A DNA stretch of 64,000 nucleotides from Longimicrobiales bacterium (GTDB lineage: Bacteria > Gemmatimonadota > Gemmatimonadetes > Longimicrobiales > Gaopeijiaceae), in NCBI GenBank assembly GCA_965248195.1, contig CBDFIQ010000001.1, positions 1,184,001 through 1,248,000 of the forward strand. Direction: 5' to 3'. The notes beneath the pieces are model-generated. The model saw only the letters and a program-made list of their open reading frames with translations. It made no database searches and was not told where the DNA came from. Positions 47,207 through 57,017 of the stretch are shown here, piece by piece (the first letter of the stretch is position 1; every line of letters begins with the position of its first letter). A program made the position numbers and the translations under genes.

Positions 47207-48375
47207 GTCGAGATCGTTTCGGGGTCATTCTCCTCCTCCTCGCGCTCACGGGCGTAGCGGCATGCTCTGATGAAAGCCCTGCTGCTCTCCAAGGCGGCGA
47301 ACCGACCGGCGGGGGCGGCTTCTTCGGCTGCAACATCGATAACATAAATGTAGAGCTAGACTTCCTCATTTCCGGAAGCGTATTCGACGCGATCCGGTCG
47401 GTCGATCAACCTGTCTGGGTTTGGGCCGAAGACGGGGTCCCGAGCTATCTGGAACCGGATGACCGGGTGATCGGCATGTTCCTGAACTCAGATCCGGTTG
47501 CCGTCCCTCTCAACGTCATGTGGTTCCACGAGGTCGTTAACGCGGGCGCTGGGGCGTTCGCCACGGCCGTGACCCACTGTCCCCTCACGGGTTCTTCTCT
47601 CGCTTTTTCGCGAGCGGGAGTGGGTGAGGGACCGTTCGGCGTCTCGGGGCTCCTTTTCATGAGCAACATGGTCATGTTCGACCGGGAAGACCCGGAGTCA
47701 CGCTGGTCTCAAATGGCCACCGGCGCGATCTGCGGCCCGGACGCGGGGAGTAGCTTGGACCAAGTCCCGGTCTTCGAAATGCGGTGGGCCGAATGGTTCG
47801 AGCTCCACCCCTCCACCAAGGTCCTCGACGGGTTTCAAGGCGACGAGTTCCTGCGGGGCCTCTTCGACTCGGAATCTCCCTACAACGCGGAGAACAATCC
47901 GTACGGAGGCTACGACGAGAGGGGTGGTTTCTTCGCGAGAGGAGCGATGCCACCCATCGATCCCCGTCGACCCCCCAAGGAACGAGTGATCGGGGTTCCT
48001 CCTTCGGACGGAGATCCGGGTATCGCCTTCCCCTTCGGTACTCTGGTGGGGTTGGTGAACGGATTCCAGGCGATCGAGTTCGTGTACGAGGGCCGCCCGT
48101 CCGTGCTCTTGTGGAGCGACGAGGCCGAGGGAGGGATGGCCTTCCGCCTGGAGACGGAGGCCGGTCAGGATGTGAGCCTGGTTCCGACCGGTGCTGGGTT
48201 CAGCGATGAGAGCACCGGCTCGACCTGGACGGTAGTCGGTCGCGCCGTCTCCGGCGCGATGGAAGGAGAGCAGCTCCTTCCCCTCGAGCGCGCCTTCGTT
48301 TCATTCTGGGGCGCGTGGGCCGCGTTCCATCCAGGCGCGGAGCTGTGGGAGGGCGAGGTAATTACCGAATCCTGA
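47203..48375 (+). CDS. DUF3179-domain lipoprotein
   Basis: VAAC lipobox; HEVVN, THCPLTGS, GVSGLL..SNMVMFDR..ESRWSQ, FWGAWAAFHP. Confidence 0.85.
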   Translation: MSRDRFGVILLLLALTGVAACSDESPAALQGGEPTGGGGFFGCNIDNINVELDFLISGSVFDAIRSVDQPVWVWAEDGVPSYLEPDDRVIGMFLNSDPVAVPLNVMWFHEVVNAGAGAFATAVTHCPLTGSSLAFSRAGVGEGPFGVSGLLFMSNMVMFDREDPESRWSQMATGAICGPDAGSSLDQVPVFEMRWAEWFELHPSTKVLDGFQGDEFLRGLFDSESPYNAENNPYGGYDERGGFFARGAMPPIDPRRPPKERVIGVPPSDGDPGIAFPFGTLVGLVNGFQAIEFVYEGRPSVLLWSDEAEGGMAFRLETEAGQDVSLVPTGAGFSDESTGSTWTVVGRAVSGAMEGEQLLPLERAFVSFWGAWAAFHPGAELWEGEVITES

Positions 48376-48487
48376 GTCCCACTCCCTTATTCTTGCGGCG
48401 CGCCTAGACGGCAAGCATCTTGCCCTCGGGAACAGGTCACACCCGAGGCTCCCGCGCCAAGCTGCCGCCCCAGAAAAGGACATCGCC

Positions 48488-49846
48488 ATGAGCCCGACGC
48501 GAAGAGGCTTTTTCATCCGTGCGGCGGCAGTAGGCGGAGCCGCTCTGGTCCGGCGCGTCGTGGCCACCCTGACCGGAAGGTCGACGGCTGCGTACGCGGC
48601 TGTGGTAACGACACGCTCCGCCCAATCCGCCATCACCCACGGACCCTTCGTCGGTCACCTGACATCCACGAGCGCCAGGGTGTGGGCCAGGTGTTCGACA
48701 CCGGGAGTCTATCGTCTCACCGCTCGGGGGATCGCTGAGCGCCGTGAGTTGGCCACGACGGCAGAGGCAACCCCCGAGAACGATATGTGCGTCGTCTGGC
48801 GCGTGACGGGCCTTCAGGCGGAAACGAGATACGGGTACGAGGTCACCGCTCAAGGCCAGCAGATGCTCGGGAACGAGGCCGCCTTCTTTGTGACGCCCGC
48901 TGAACAGGACGTACCGACGGTCACCCGATTGGCGATCGGATCGTGTGCACGTGAGGACGCTGGATCGTCTGCGGTGTGGCGTCGAATGGCCTCCATGGAC
49001 CCGCACGCTGTCGTGCTTTTGGGAGATACACCCTATATCGATTCGACGGTGCTGGAAGTTCAGCGGACCCGATATGGAGAATTTGCGGCGGTCCCCGACT
49101 TCGCCACCCTACTGCGAAACAGGCCGCTCTACGCCACGTGGGACGACCACGACTTTGGCGCGAACGACACCGATGGACAACTCGACGGTAAGGCGAACTC
49201 GCGTCGTGCCTTTATCGAGTATCATGCCAATCCGTCCTACGGAGACGGCGACCACGGGGTTTACACGAAATTTCGGCGCGGTGGGGTCGAAGTGTTTCTT
49301 CTCGACACCCGGTATTTCGCGGGCACCGAGCCCTCGCCGGTTGCGGCGGGCCAACCAACGCTGCTCGGCGGGCAACAGTGGGAGTGGCTGCGCCAGGAAC
49401 TACGGGCGTCGACCGCGCCCTTCAAATTATTGGCTTCCGGGATGATCTGGAACGAGGCCGTGCGACCGGGTAAGCCCGATCACTGGGGCACCTACCCGTA
49501 TGAGCGAGAGGCGCTGTTTCGTTTTATCGGACAGGAGAGGATTTCGGGGGTCGTGCTGGCCGGCGGTGATGTTCATCGGACCCGTGTCCTGCGATACGAG
49601 ACGATCGAGACCGCCGGGTACCCGATCACGGAACTGATCACGTCGCCCATCCATGAGGGTGTCATCGACGCCGCCAACGCGCCGCACCCCGCGTTGGTCC
49701 ACGACTCGGGTGAGCCGCACTCTTTTCTTCTCATGACCGTGGATACGACCGTGACACCGCCGATCCTCGCCGCGCAATTTCAGAATGGGGCGGGACGGGA
49801 GCTGTATTCTCTGACGCTGAACGCCGCGACGCTGTCTGCGGCATAG
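48488..49846 (+). CDS. phoD: Tat-exported PhoD-family alkaline phosphatase
   Basis: PTRRGFF; GSC, LGDTPYID, WDDHD, LLDTRY, LLG..QW.WL, GDVH. Confidence 0.85.
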   Translation: MSPTRRGFFIRAAAVGGAALVRRVVATLTGRSTAAYAAVVTTRSAQSAITHGPFVGHLTSTSARVWARCSTPGVYRLTARGIAERRELATTAEATPENDMCVVWRVTGLQAETRYGYEVTAQGQQMLGNEAAFFVTPAEQDVPTVTRLAIGSCAREDAGSSAVWRRMASMDPHAVVLLGDTPYIDSTVLEVQRTRYGEFAAVPDFATLLRNRPLYATWDDHDFGANDTDGQLDGKANSRRAFIEYHANPSYGDGDHGVYTKFRRGGVEVFLLDTRYFAGTEPSPVAAGQPTLLGGQQWEWLRQELRASTAPFKLLASGMIWNEAVRPGKPDHWGTYPYEREALFRFIGQERISGVVLAGGDVHRTRVLRYETIETAGYPITELITSPIHEGVIDAANAPHPALVHDSGEPHSFLLMTVDTTVTPPILAAQFQNGAGRELYSLTLNAATLSAA

Positions 49847-50020
49847 AAGTCAGGGTTGGTCTTCGTGGCAGTCTGATTGTGGGGCGGTCAGCCGCACCTT
49901 ATCCTATCCGATGTGCGTTTCCTATCCCATGTACGTTCGACCCCCCGGTTGCGAATCGGCCTGAACAACGAACCTGGAGCAGGCGAAGGGGGGGTGACCC
50001 CAAGAAGAGGTGAAGCCACC

Positions 50021-51244
50021 ATGACGGAGAGGTACCAAAAACCAATCGGCCGCAGGGCGTTTCTGACGGGATCAGCTGGCGGTGTCCTGGCGGCCGGTTC
50101 GGGAAACTTTGCTCCTCTGTTGGGTCTAGGCCCGCCCACGCAATGGCAGCTGGAACGGAAGGTCCTGTTCATTTGCGTAGACGGCTTCGGCCCGAGCTAC
50201 GTGCACCAGAGTGACATGCCAAACCTGAAGCGAATGATGCAGGCCGGCACTTATGTCGAAGGAAGGGGCATCATCCCTTCGCTGACCAACGTGAATAACT
50301 CCTCCATCGTCACGGCGTCGTTCCCCGAAGAGCACGGAATCACCGGGAATTACTACTACGACCGCACCACCGGTACGGGGACCTTCATGGAATCGGCGGA
50401 GTTCCTGCTCCGCCCCACCATCTTCGAACGGGCCAGGGCTCGGGGGATCAAGACCGCCTTCGTCACCTCGAAAGAGAAGTTGATGTTCTTATCCCGAGGC
50501 GCCGATTTCGCCGTCGCCGCCGAGGGTCCCACCACGGAGATGCTTGCGACGATTGGCCCCGCCCAGGATGTCTACTCCCCCGATATCAACTTCTGGTCCT
50601 TTCGGGCCGCGCGCCATTTCCTGAAGGAAGGTGACTGTCAACTCGTCTACTTGGCGACGACCGACTACATGATGCACACCTATCCGGCCACGGACGAACG
50701 TTCGCTGGCACACTTACACACGCTCGACGAGTTGCTCGGCCAGATATTGAACGACCACCCGGACCTGGAGGTCTACCTGACGGCGGATCACGGTATGTCG
50801 CCCAAGCGGACCGCGATCGACATCGGCCGTATCATGACGGCGAACAGCATCGAGGGTGAGGCCGTACCGATCATCAGAGATCGGTACGTAGTACACCACC
50901 GTAACCTCGGCGGCGCCTGCTACGTCTATCTGGAGCACGAGGCGGACCTTGAAAGGACTTTTGAGTTTTTTAGGGGGGTCTCCGGAGTGGAAGAGATTTA
51001 CCGCAAGCAAGAGGCGGCCGATGAGTTCCAGCTACACGCCGATCGCATCGGCGACATCTTTCTTCTCGGAGAGGAGCACGTGGTCTTCGGGAACCTGGAA
51101 AGGACCCGAGAGGATGTGGACATTCGCTCACACGGCTCGAGGCACGAATCGACGGTCCCCATCCTCTGCTACGGCCGGGAAGTGGACGCAAGCCTCTACC
51201 GTAGCAATATCGATCTGACTCGTAATTTCGTGTGGGACGTTTGA
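50021..51244 (+). CDS. Phosphonoacetate hydrolase-like (alkaline phosphatase superfamily) with twin-arginine motif
   Basis: CVDG, PSLTNVNN.SIVT, HGI.GNYYYD, YL.TTDY..H, TADHGM, YVVHH, RSHG; IGRRAFL. Confidence 0.78.
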   Translation: MTERYQKPIGRRAFLTGSAGGVLAAGSGNFAPLLGLGPPTQWQLERKVLFICVDGFGPSYVHQSDMPNLKRMMQAGTYVEGRGIIPSLTNVNNSSIVTASFPEEHGITGNYYYDRTTGTGTFMESAEFLLRPTIFERARARGIKTAFVTSKEKLMFLSRGADFAVAAEGPTTEMLATIGPAQDVYSPDINFWSFRAARHFLKEGDCQLVYLATTDYMMHTYPATDERSLAHLHTLDELLGQILNDHPDLEVYLTADHGMSPKRTAIDIGRIMTANSIEGEAVPIIRDRYVVHHRNLGGACYVYLEHEADLERTFEFFRGVSGVEEIYRKQEAADEFQLHADRIGDIFLLGEEHVVFGNLERTREDVDIRSHGSRHESTVPILCYGREVDASLYRSNIDLTRNFVWDV

Positions 51245-51247
51245 CCC

Positions 51248-51276
51248 TTGACAGTATTTTCTCCCCGGCGTAGTCT
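51248..51276 (+). promoter_or_regulatory. Near-consensus sigma70 promoter upstream of SusC-1
   Basis: TTGACA-17-TAGTCT. Confidence 0.7.
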
Positions 51277-51346
51277 GAGCCGGGTGCGCTTGGTAATAAG
51301 CGAATCAGGTCGGTAACATAACGCGTTATTGCTCACGAACTTTAGT

Positions 51347-51389
51347 CACACTCCTGAGGCGAGCCGCCTCGGGAAGTGGTGTTTTTTTT
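51347..51389 (+). terminator. Intrinsic terminator within the SusC-1 leader
   Basis: cacactcctgaggc-gagcc-gcctcgggaagtggtg hairpin followed by T8. Confidence 0.7.
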
Positions 51390-51496
51390 CGGTGTTCTTC
51401 CACCCCCGAGCGCGGCGGCCGGACCTCCGTGATCGGGCGGTGGCGGCCGAGTCGGTCGGCCAAGCAGTTCTCTTCTCCGACATGGGAGGATGTAAA

Positions 51497-54400
51497 ATGT
51501 CCAGATTAATTCGTTCACGTATGACGCGAGTTCTGGGAGCGGCGGCAGCGATCTTGATCGCCGCGCCGGGTCTCGTGGCTCAACAAGGTGGCACGGTCAC
51601 CGGCCGCATCAGCGACTCGCAGAGCGGAATTCCGATTGGGGCGGTCCAGGTCTTCATCCCGAGCTTGGATCTCGGCGGCCTCACGCAGCAGAATGGCCGC
51701 TATCTGCTTCAGAACGTCCCCGCGGGCACGCACGAGCTCAACGTGGCGCGGATCGGTTACCGCACCGTCGCGCAGCAGGTCACGGTGGGTGTTGGCCAGG
51801 TGTTCGAGCAGAATTTCGCCTTGGTCGAGGAAGCCCTGGCGCTCGACGAGATCGTCGTGACGGGGACCGCGGGAGGCAGTCAGGTGCGCGCCATCGGGAA
51901 TGTGGTCGCGCGCCTCGCCTTGCCCGACCTTCTGGTCACCGCTCCGGTCAGCACCACCGAGGATGTTCTCCAGGGGAGGATCCCTGGGTTGCAGATGATC
52001 GGCACTCCCAATAGCGCCGGCGACGGTGGTCAGATCCTGATCCGTGGCGCCGCCAGCGTCGGACTTTCCGGAGATCCTATCGTCTTCATCGATGGCGTTC
52101 GCATGAACGGCGAGCGCGCCGAGGTCGCACGGTACTCTACACAGTCCAGGCTCAACGACATCGATCCGAGGGACATCGAGAGCATCGAGGTGATCAAGGG
52201 TCCCGCTGCCGCCACCCTGTACGGGACCGAGGCCGCAAACGGGGTGATTCAGATTATCACCAAGAAGGGGCAGGCGGGTGAGGCGGTGTTCGACTTTACC
52301 ATTGAGACGGGGCAGATGTGGATGCCGGACAAGTATATTACACGAGGGTGGATTCCCAATACCGACCCAAGTTTAGGTCCTGTGTGTCCCAGCGTACCGT
52401 GTGAAAGCGTCGATCAACTCCTCAATACGAACCTCGTCGAGATCAGCCGGGAGCGTGGGTTTCCCGAGTTGCTTAGTGAAGGGCTGATCCAGAAATACAA
52501 CGCGTCCGTTCGAGGGGGCACCGAGCTGATGCGATATTCGGCGTCTCTGAGTCGGAACGATCAGCAGGGGGTCGTAGACTGGAACTTCGACAAGCGCACC
52601 TCGGTGCGGGCAAACTTCCAGGTGAATGCGAGCGAAAAGTTCAGATTTTCGCTAAACGGGGCTTACGGCGAGGGAAATAGGGGGCCTCCCCAAAGCTTCT
52701 GGGGTGGCAACTTTGCCTGGGGAGGGGTGCTGAATACCGTTTTCGACGACCATCGTGACAGAGGATACCAAACTCCGCCCGAAGCATATTCTTTAAAGAA
52801 CAGCTGGTGCGACGGGAGCTTCGGCGATCAGGGGGAGTTCGCCAATGGCGTCATCGATGGGGCCACGTTCACCGGAGATTTGGGCGGCGGGGACCAGTGG
52901 TGTCATAGGGAAATCAACTTCACTAAGCGGAGCACGTGGAGTTTGCAGATGAACCTCGAAGCCACCGATTGGCTCTCGCACCGTCTCACAATAGGCATCG
53001 ACCAGATTGTCGAGCGATATGAGGAGTTGGACGTCAGGCAGGGGGACAACGCACGGTTCTGGGGGACAGACGGGAGAGAGGGTCAGAAGGACGTCGAGAC
53101 CATTGACCTGCCAACGACGACCATGGATTTCTCCGGGACCGCGACGTTCCGTTTCAACGACGACCAGCTGGGGACGGCGACTTCCTACGGACTTCAGTAT
53201 TACCACTCGGAGAGACACCGATTCCGCGCCACTGGCGAGTTCTTCTCCGTATCTTCGCTCTCGACGGTCTCCGCTGCTGCGGATAGGAGTGGCAGCGAAT
53301 CGTTCGTGGAAAACACGACCGTCGGTCTGTACATCCAGGAGCAGCTCGATTGGGACAATCGGCTTTTCCTTACGCTGGCCGTCCGCGGGGATGACAACAG
53401 CGCGTTCGGAACGAACTTCGATGCTGCGATCTATCCCAAGGTGAGTGGTTCGTGGGTGGTCAACGAGGAGGACTTCTGGAACATCGACTTTGTCGACCAG
53501 CTCCGGCTCAGGGGCGCCTGGGGTCAGGCGGGTCAGCAGCCGGACGCGTTTGCATCCTCGAGGCTGTACGACCCGGAGACGGGCCCCGGCGGGGCGCCCA
53601 CCCTGTCGCCTGCTAGGTTCGGGAATTCTGATCTCGGCCCGGAGGTAGGCGAGGAGCTCGAGCTGGGCTTCGACGCTTCGCTGTGGGACGGAGCGGTTTC
53701 GATCGAATTCACGTACTTCGACCGCAAGACGAAAGATGCGATCGTGGGACGGACGATACCGCCGTCACTCTGGCCGGGATTCGCCGGGGACTTCGCCGGC
53801 GGGCTCCAGCTGGTGAACATCGGGAGGATAGACGCTTGGGGCAGCGAGACCGCGATAAACTGGAGCGCTCTGAACCGGCGGAACCTACGTCTCGATTTTG
53901 CTCTCGCGCACACGTGGCTTGGCAATAAGATCGTAGACATGGGCGAGACAACGAACAGGATCCAGGAAGGCCGGGGCAGGGCCCACCAGGAAGGGTTTTC
54001 GATCGCCGCCATTTCCGACCAGCGGGTCGTTTCCGCAGAATTCGAAAACGCCCCACGCGGCGCGGTGACGAATATCCTATGCGACCCCGGTGTGGACGGG
54101 GCGATTTCTCCCGGGCCATTGTCTGGGATAACCGGCATTGACTGCGCCGTGGCACCGAAACTGATATGGGCCTCGTCCCAACCGAAACAGTTCGTGAACC
54201 TGACTTCGACCGTTACACTTTTCGAGAATTGGCGGGCATCGGCCAACATCGACTCCCAGTTGCAACACTGGATGCATAGCGACTATCTCGGAGCCCGGCA
54301 TACGAGCTACCCGACCGCCCAGAGAATATATCTGCAGGACAACGCCATCGACCAGGCATACCGCACGATTACGCGGAACGGTCTCGCCTACCACAAGGGC

Positions 54401-54658
54401 GGTTTCGTCAAGCTACGGGAGGTGTCACTGTCCTATGCGTTCTCCGATGACATCGCCGGGAGGCTCGGTGCCGATCGGGGTTCTCTGACATTGGGAGTGC
54501 GCAACGTGGGGACGATCTGGCTCGCTCAGGAGATGGTGGGGGGTGAGCGGATTACAGATCCCGAAATGAGCCGGCCGAATTACGACTTCCAGGGTGAAAG
54601 CGGAGGCGACTGGCCTCCTTTGGCTCAGTGGACCATGCGGCTGAATTTGACGTTCTGA
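51497..54658 (+). CDS. SusC/RagA-type TonB-dependent receptor
   Basis: CarboxypepD-like N domain, LDEIVVTG, IRGA.S, DIESIEVIKGPAAATLYG, terminal Phe. Confidence 0.93.
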   Translation: MSRLIRSRMTRVLGAAAAILIAAPGLVAQQGGTVTGRISDSQSGIPIGAVQVFIPSLDLGGLTQQNGRYLLQNVPAGTHELNVARIGYRTVAQQVTVGVGQVFEQNFALVEEALALDEIVVTGTAGGSQVRAIGNVVARLALPDLLVTAPVSTTEDVLQGRIPGLQMIGTPNSAGDGGQILIRGAASVGLSGDPIVFIDGVRMNGERAEVARYSTQSRLNDIDPRDIESIEVIKGPAAATLYGTEAANGVIQIITKKGQAGEAVFDFTIETGQMWMPDKYITRGWIPNTDPSLGPVCPSVPCESVDQLLNTNLVEISRERGFPELLSEGLIQKYNASVRGGTELMRYSASLSRNDQQGVVDWNFDKRTSVRANFQVNASEKFRFSLNGAYGEGNRGPPQSFWGGNFAWGGVLNTVFDDHRDRGYQTPPEAYSLKNSWCDGSFGDQGEFANGVIDGATFTGDLGGGDQWCHREINFTKRSTWSLQMNLEATDWLSHRLTIGIDQIVERYEELDVRQGDNARFWGTDGREGQKDVETIDLPTTTMDFSGTATFRFNDDQLGTATSYGLQYYHSERHRFRATGEFFSVSSLSTVSAAADRSGSESFVENTTVGLYIQEQLDWDNRLFLTLAVRGDDNSAFGTNFDAAIYPKVSGSWVVNEEDFWNIDFVDQLRLRGAWGQAGQQPDAFASSRLYDPETGPGGAPTLSPARFGNSDLGPEVGEELELGFDASLWDGAVSIEFTYFDRKTKDAIVGRTIPPSLWPGFAGDFAGGLQLVNIGRIDAWGSETAINWSALNRRNLRLDFALAHTWLGNKIVDMGETTNRIQEGRGRAHQEGFSIAAISDQRVVSAEFENAPRGAVTNILCDPGVDGAISPGPLSGITGIDCAVAPKLIWASSQPKQFVNLTSTVTLFENWRASANIDSQLQHWMHSDYLGARHTSYPTAQRIYLQDNAIDQAYRTITRNGLAYHKGGFVKLREVSLSYAFSDDIAGRLGADRGSLTLGVRNVGTIWLAQEMVGGERITDPEMSRPNYDFQGESGGDWPPLAQWTMRLNLTF

Positions 54659-54704
54659 GTCATGCCGACTCGATCGGCGACGACAAAACTACTTGGAGAT
54701 CGAA

Positions 54705-56222
54705 ATGACATATAATGACAGAGCCCCAGCAGGGGCTCAAAATCAGAGGCGTCTATGGTCTTGGCGGGCCGCGACGCTGGCCTCTCTGCTTGTGTTCGTT
54801 GTGGGGGGATGCAGCGAACTGCTCGAGGTGGACCTTCCCGGGTCCGTGCAAGCCACGGACCTCCTTGATCCGGCGTTGGCCGAGACGCTGGCCCTCTCGG
54901 TCCAGGGCGATTTCGAGTGTGGATTGGTGGACCAAATCGATTGGCCGGGCCTGTGGTTCGACCTATTCCTGAATTCGAGCACCTCTCGGCCGAACGCACT
55001 CATGGAATTGAGGGCCCAACTGGTAGACGTCTACGCCGACCCGTGCGCCTCGGGTACGGGACCGACTTGGACTATACTGCAGCTTCCCCGGATACAGGGC
55101 GAGAACATTCGCGCGATCCTGGCCGGATATGAGGATGGGGAGTGTCTAGCAAAATTCCAACCGGCTTGTGAGCTCCCGGAGGACGTTGATGCGAACTGGA
55201 TCAGGGCAAGGTCGTTTTTCTACGAAGCCTACTCGCTCCAGATCCTTACGGAGGCGTTCTGCGCGATGACGGTCAACGGGGGACCGCTGATGTTGCGGGG
55301 GGAGGCGTTCGCAGAGGCGGAACGTCGGTTCAATGAGGCGATGAGCTTCGCAGCCCTCGTAACAACCGATGAGACAGATTTTTCTCCCGCCGACCTGACC
55401 ACCGCTGCGTTGATCGGCCGCGCGAGATCCCAGCTATACCAGGGCAACACGGGGAGTATCGCCGCCGACTTGGCGGCGATTCCCATGGATTTCGAGTTCA
55501 TGGCGACCTACGCCAACTCGCCTAGCCGTCGCAGGAACGGGATCAACACCGACAATAACAGAGGTTCTGCCCGGATGCCACACAGGCAGTGGACGAACCT
55601 GACCATAAGCTTGGCTGGAGAGCTGACCCAGAACCGCCTGGTGGCGGGTACAACTGATATCGACGATCCGAGGGTTGAGATCGACTATTCTCCGAGCAGG
55701 GACTTCGGGGGCCGTGGGCTTATTGACTACCGGACGCAAGAGAAGTATGACAGTCGTGCGGCTGGTATCCCATTTGCTACCGGGCGTGAGGCCCTACTCA
55801 TGATCGCTGAGGTGGACCCAACCCGGACCTTGGCCATCATCAACACATTGCGCTCGGACGCCACCGGAGTGTACAGCGGGTTGGATACGAGCGCGTGGCC
55901 TCTGCCGGGCTACGCCGGCGGGACTGCCGCGGACATCGCAACCATGCTGCGCGAAGAGCGGAAGAGGGAGCTCTGGATGCAGAGCCAGAATCACGGGGAC
56001 GTTCTCCGCTGGGAGGGTATGCCCCGTCCGGCCGGAATGCAGACGTTCAGCCAAAAATTAGCTGGCACCCCGGCGATGCAGGAGTTTGAGCCCATTAGCG
56101 AGTACGGGTCGCCTCGTGGAACGTTCAACTGCCAGTCGATTCCGTTCCTCGAGAGGACCTCGAACGACAACCTGACCGACGGAGATCAGGGCCGAGCCGA
56201 GTACGACGCGGGGAATACTTGA
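54705..56222 (+). CDS. SusD/RagB-like lipoprotein
   Basis: VGGC lipobox; directly follows SusC; LMIAE, EERKRELW...GD.LRW. Confidence 0.8.
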   Translation: MTYNDRAPAGAQNQRRLWSWRAATLASLLVFVVGGCSELLEVDLPGSVQATDLLDPALAETLALSVQGDFECGLVDQIDWPGLWFDLFLNSSTSRPNALMELRAQLVDVYADPCASGTGPTWTILQLPRIQGENIRAILAGYEDGECLAKFQPACELPEDVDANWIRARSFFYEAYSLQILTEAFCAMTVNGGPLMLRGEAFAEAERRFNEAMSFAALVTTDETDFSPADLTTAALIGRARSQLYQGNTGSIAADLAAIPMDFEFMATYANSPSRRRNGINTDNNRGSARMPHRQWTNLTISLAGELTQNRLVAGTTDIDDPRVEIDYSPSRDFGGRGLIDYRTQEKYDSRAAGIPFATGREALLMIAEVDPTRTLAIINTLRSDATGVYSGLDTSAWPLPGYAGGTAADIATMLREERKRELWMQSQNHGDVLRWEGMPRPAGMQTFSQKLAGTPAMQEFEPISEYGSPRGTFNCQSIPFLERTSNDNLTDGDQGRAEYDAGNT

Positions 56223-56399
56223 TAGGCGGAACCCGTTCGACAGGGGCGGCCAACTAAACACGCGGCCAGATTTACTGAGCCCCGCGTATGCGGACCGAGT
56301 TCCTACGGTCTGTGTGCGCGGGGCTCGCAGTATTGGAACGGATACATCCTCGCGCTCGGGGGTACGCAATGGACTACCCCTGCCGAGGAGAGACCGAAC

Positions 56400-56822
56400 G
56401 TGATGCTTGCCGCAACAGACTCGCACGCACGCTTGAGGTCCGCGCTCCTGATCGTCCTCCTGGCTCTCGCGTCGGCCGGCTGCGCCAGTCCCGGCGCCAG
56501 CGGGGGTAACGCGTCTGAAAGTGCGTCTCCTGGCGCGGTTACCGGAGAGGAGCTCCGGCAGGTCTCCGCCAGAGATACGTACGAAGCATTGAAGCAACTC
56601 CGGCCCATCTGGCTTCTGCCCCGGGGGCGGTCGTCCCTGGTGTATTATTTGGCGGGGAGAGCGGTAGTGTATCTATCCGGAGTTCCGTACGGGGCGGTCA
56701 GCTCCCTCCGGGGGATCGAAGTTAATGATGTCCGGCAAATCGACTTCATGAACGCCATTGATGCTGGGATTCGTTACGGAACAGGGCATTCGGGCGGCAT
56801 AATCTTGGTCGAGCTCAGGTAG
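56400..56822 (+). CDS. Small lipoprotein resembling a TonB-receptor plug domain
   Basis: SAGC lipobox; YEAL.QLRP.WL, DA..RYGTGH.GG.I.V. Confidence 0.65.
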   Translation: MMLAATDSHARLRSALLIVLLALASAGCASPGASGGNASESASPGAVTGEELRQVSARDTYEALKQLRPIWLLPRGRSSLVYYLAGRAVVYLSGVPYGAVSSLRGIEVNDVRQIDFMNAIDAGIRYGTGHSGGIILVELR

Positions 56823-56900
56823 TGAGGGGGGCGGGTGTATAGACACTCGTGGCCGGTTGCGTGAGCTCGCGGCCGGCGCCTACCGTTGCCGGCAACCTAC

Positions 56901-56929
56901 TTGACACGCCCCAAACCGTCCCGTATGAC
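56901..56929 (+). promoter_or_regulatory. Putative sigma70 promoter
   Basis: TTGACA-17-TATGAC. Confidence 0.45.
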
Positions 56930-57017
56930 GGTTGGATCAGAAACCGGCGAGCGGCCCAGCCGTGACGCCTCGATAAGGGGCGTGTGGTGTCCGAGAAAAC
57001 CCAGGAGCGGGAGCGCA

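Noticed and set aside
47203..48375. Possible selenoprotein (DUF3179 family)
   Set aside because: The conserved position is an ordinary Cys (THCPLT) and there is no in-frame TGA
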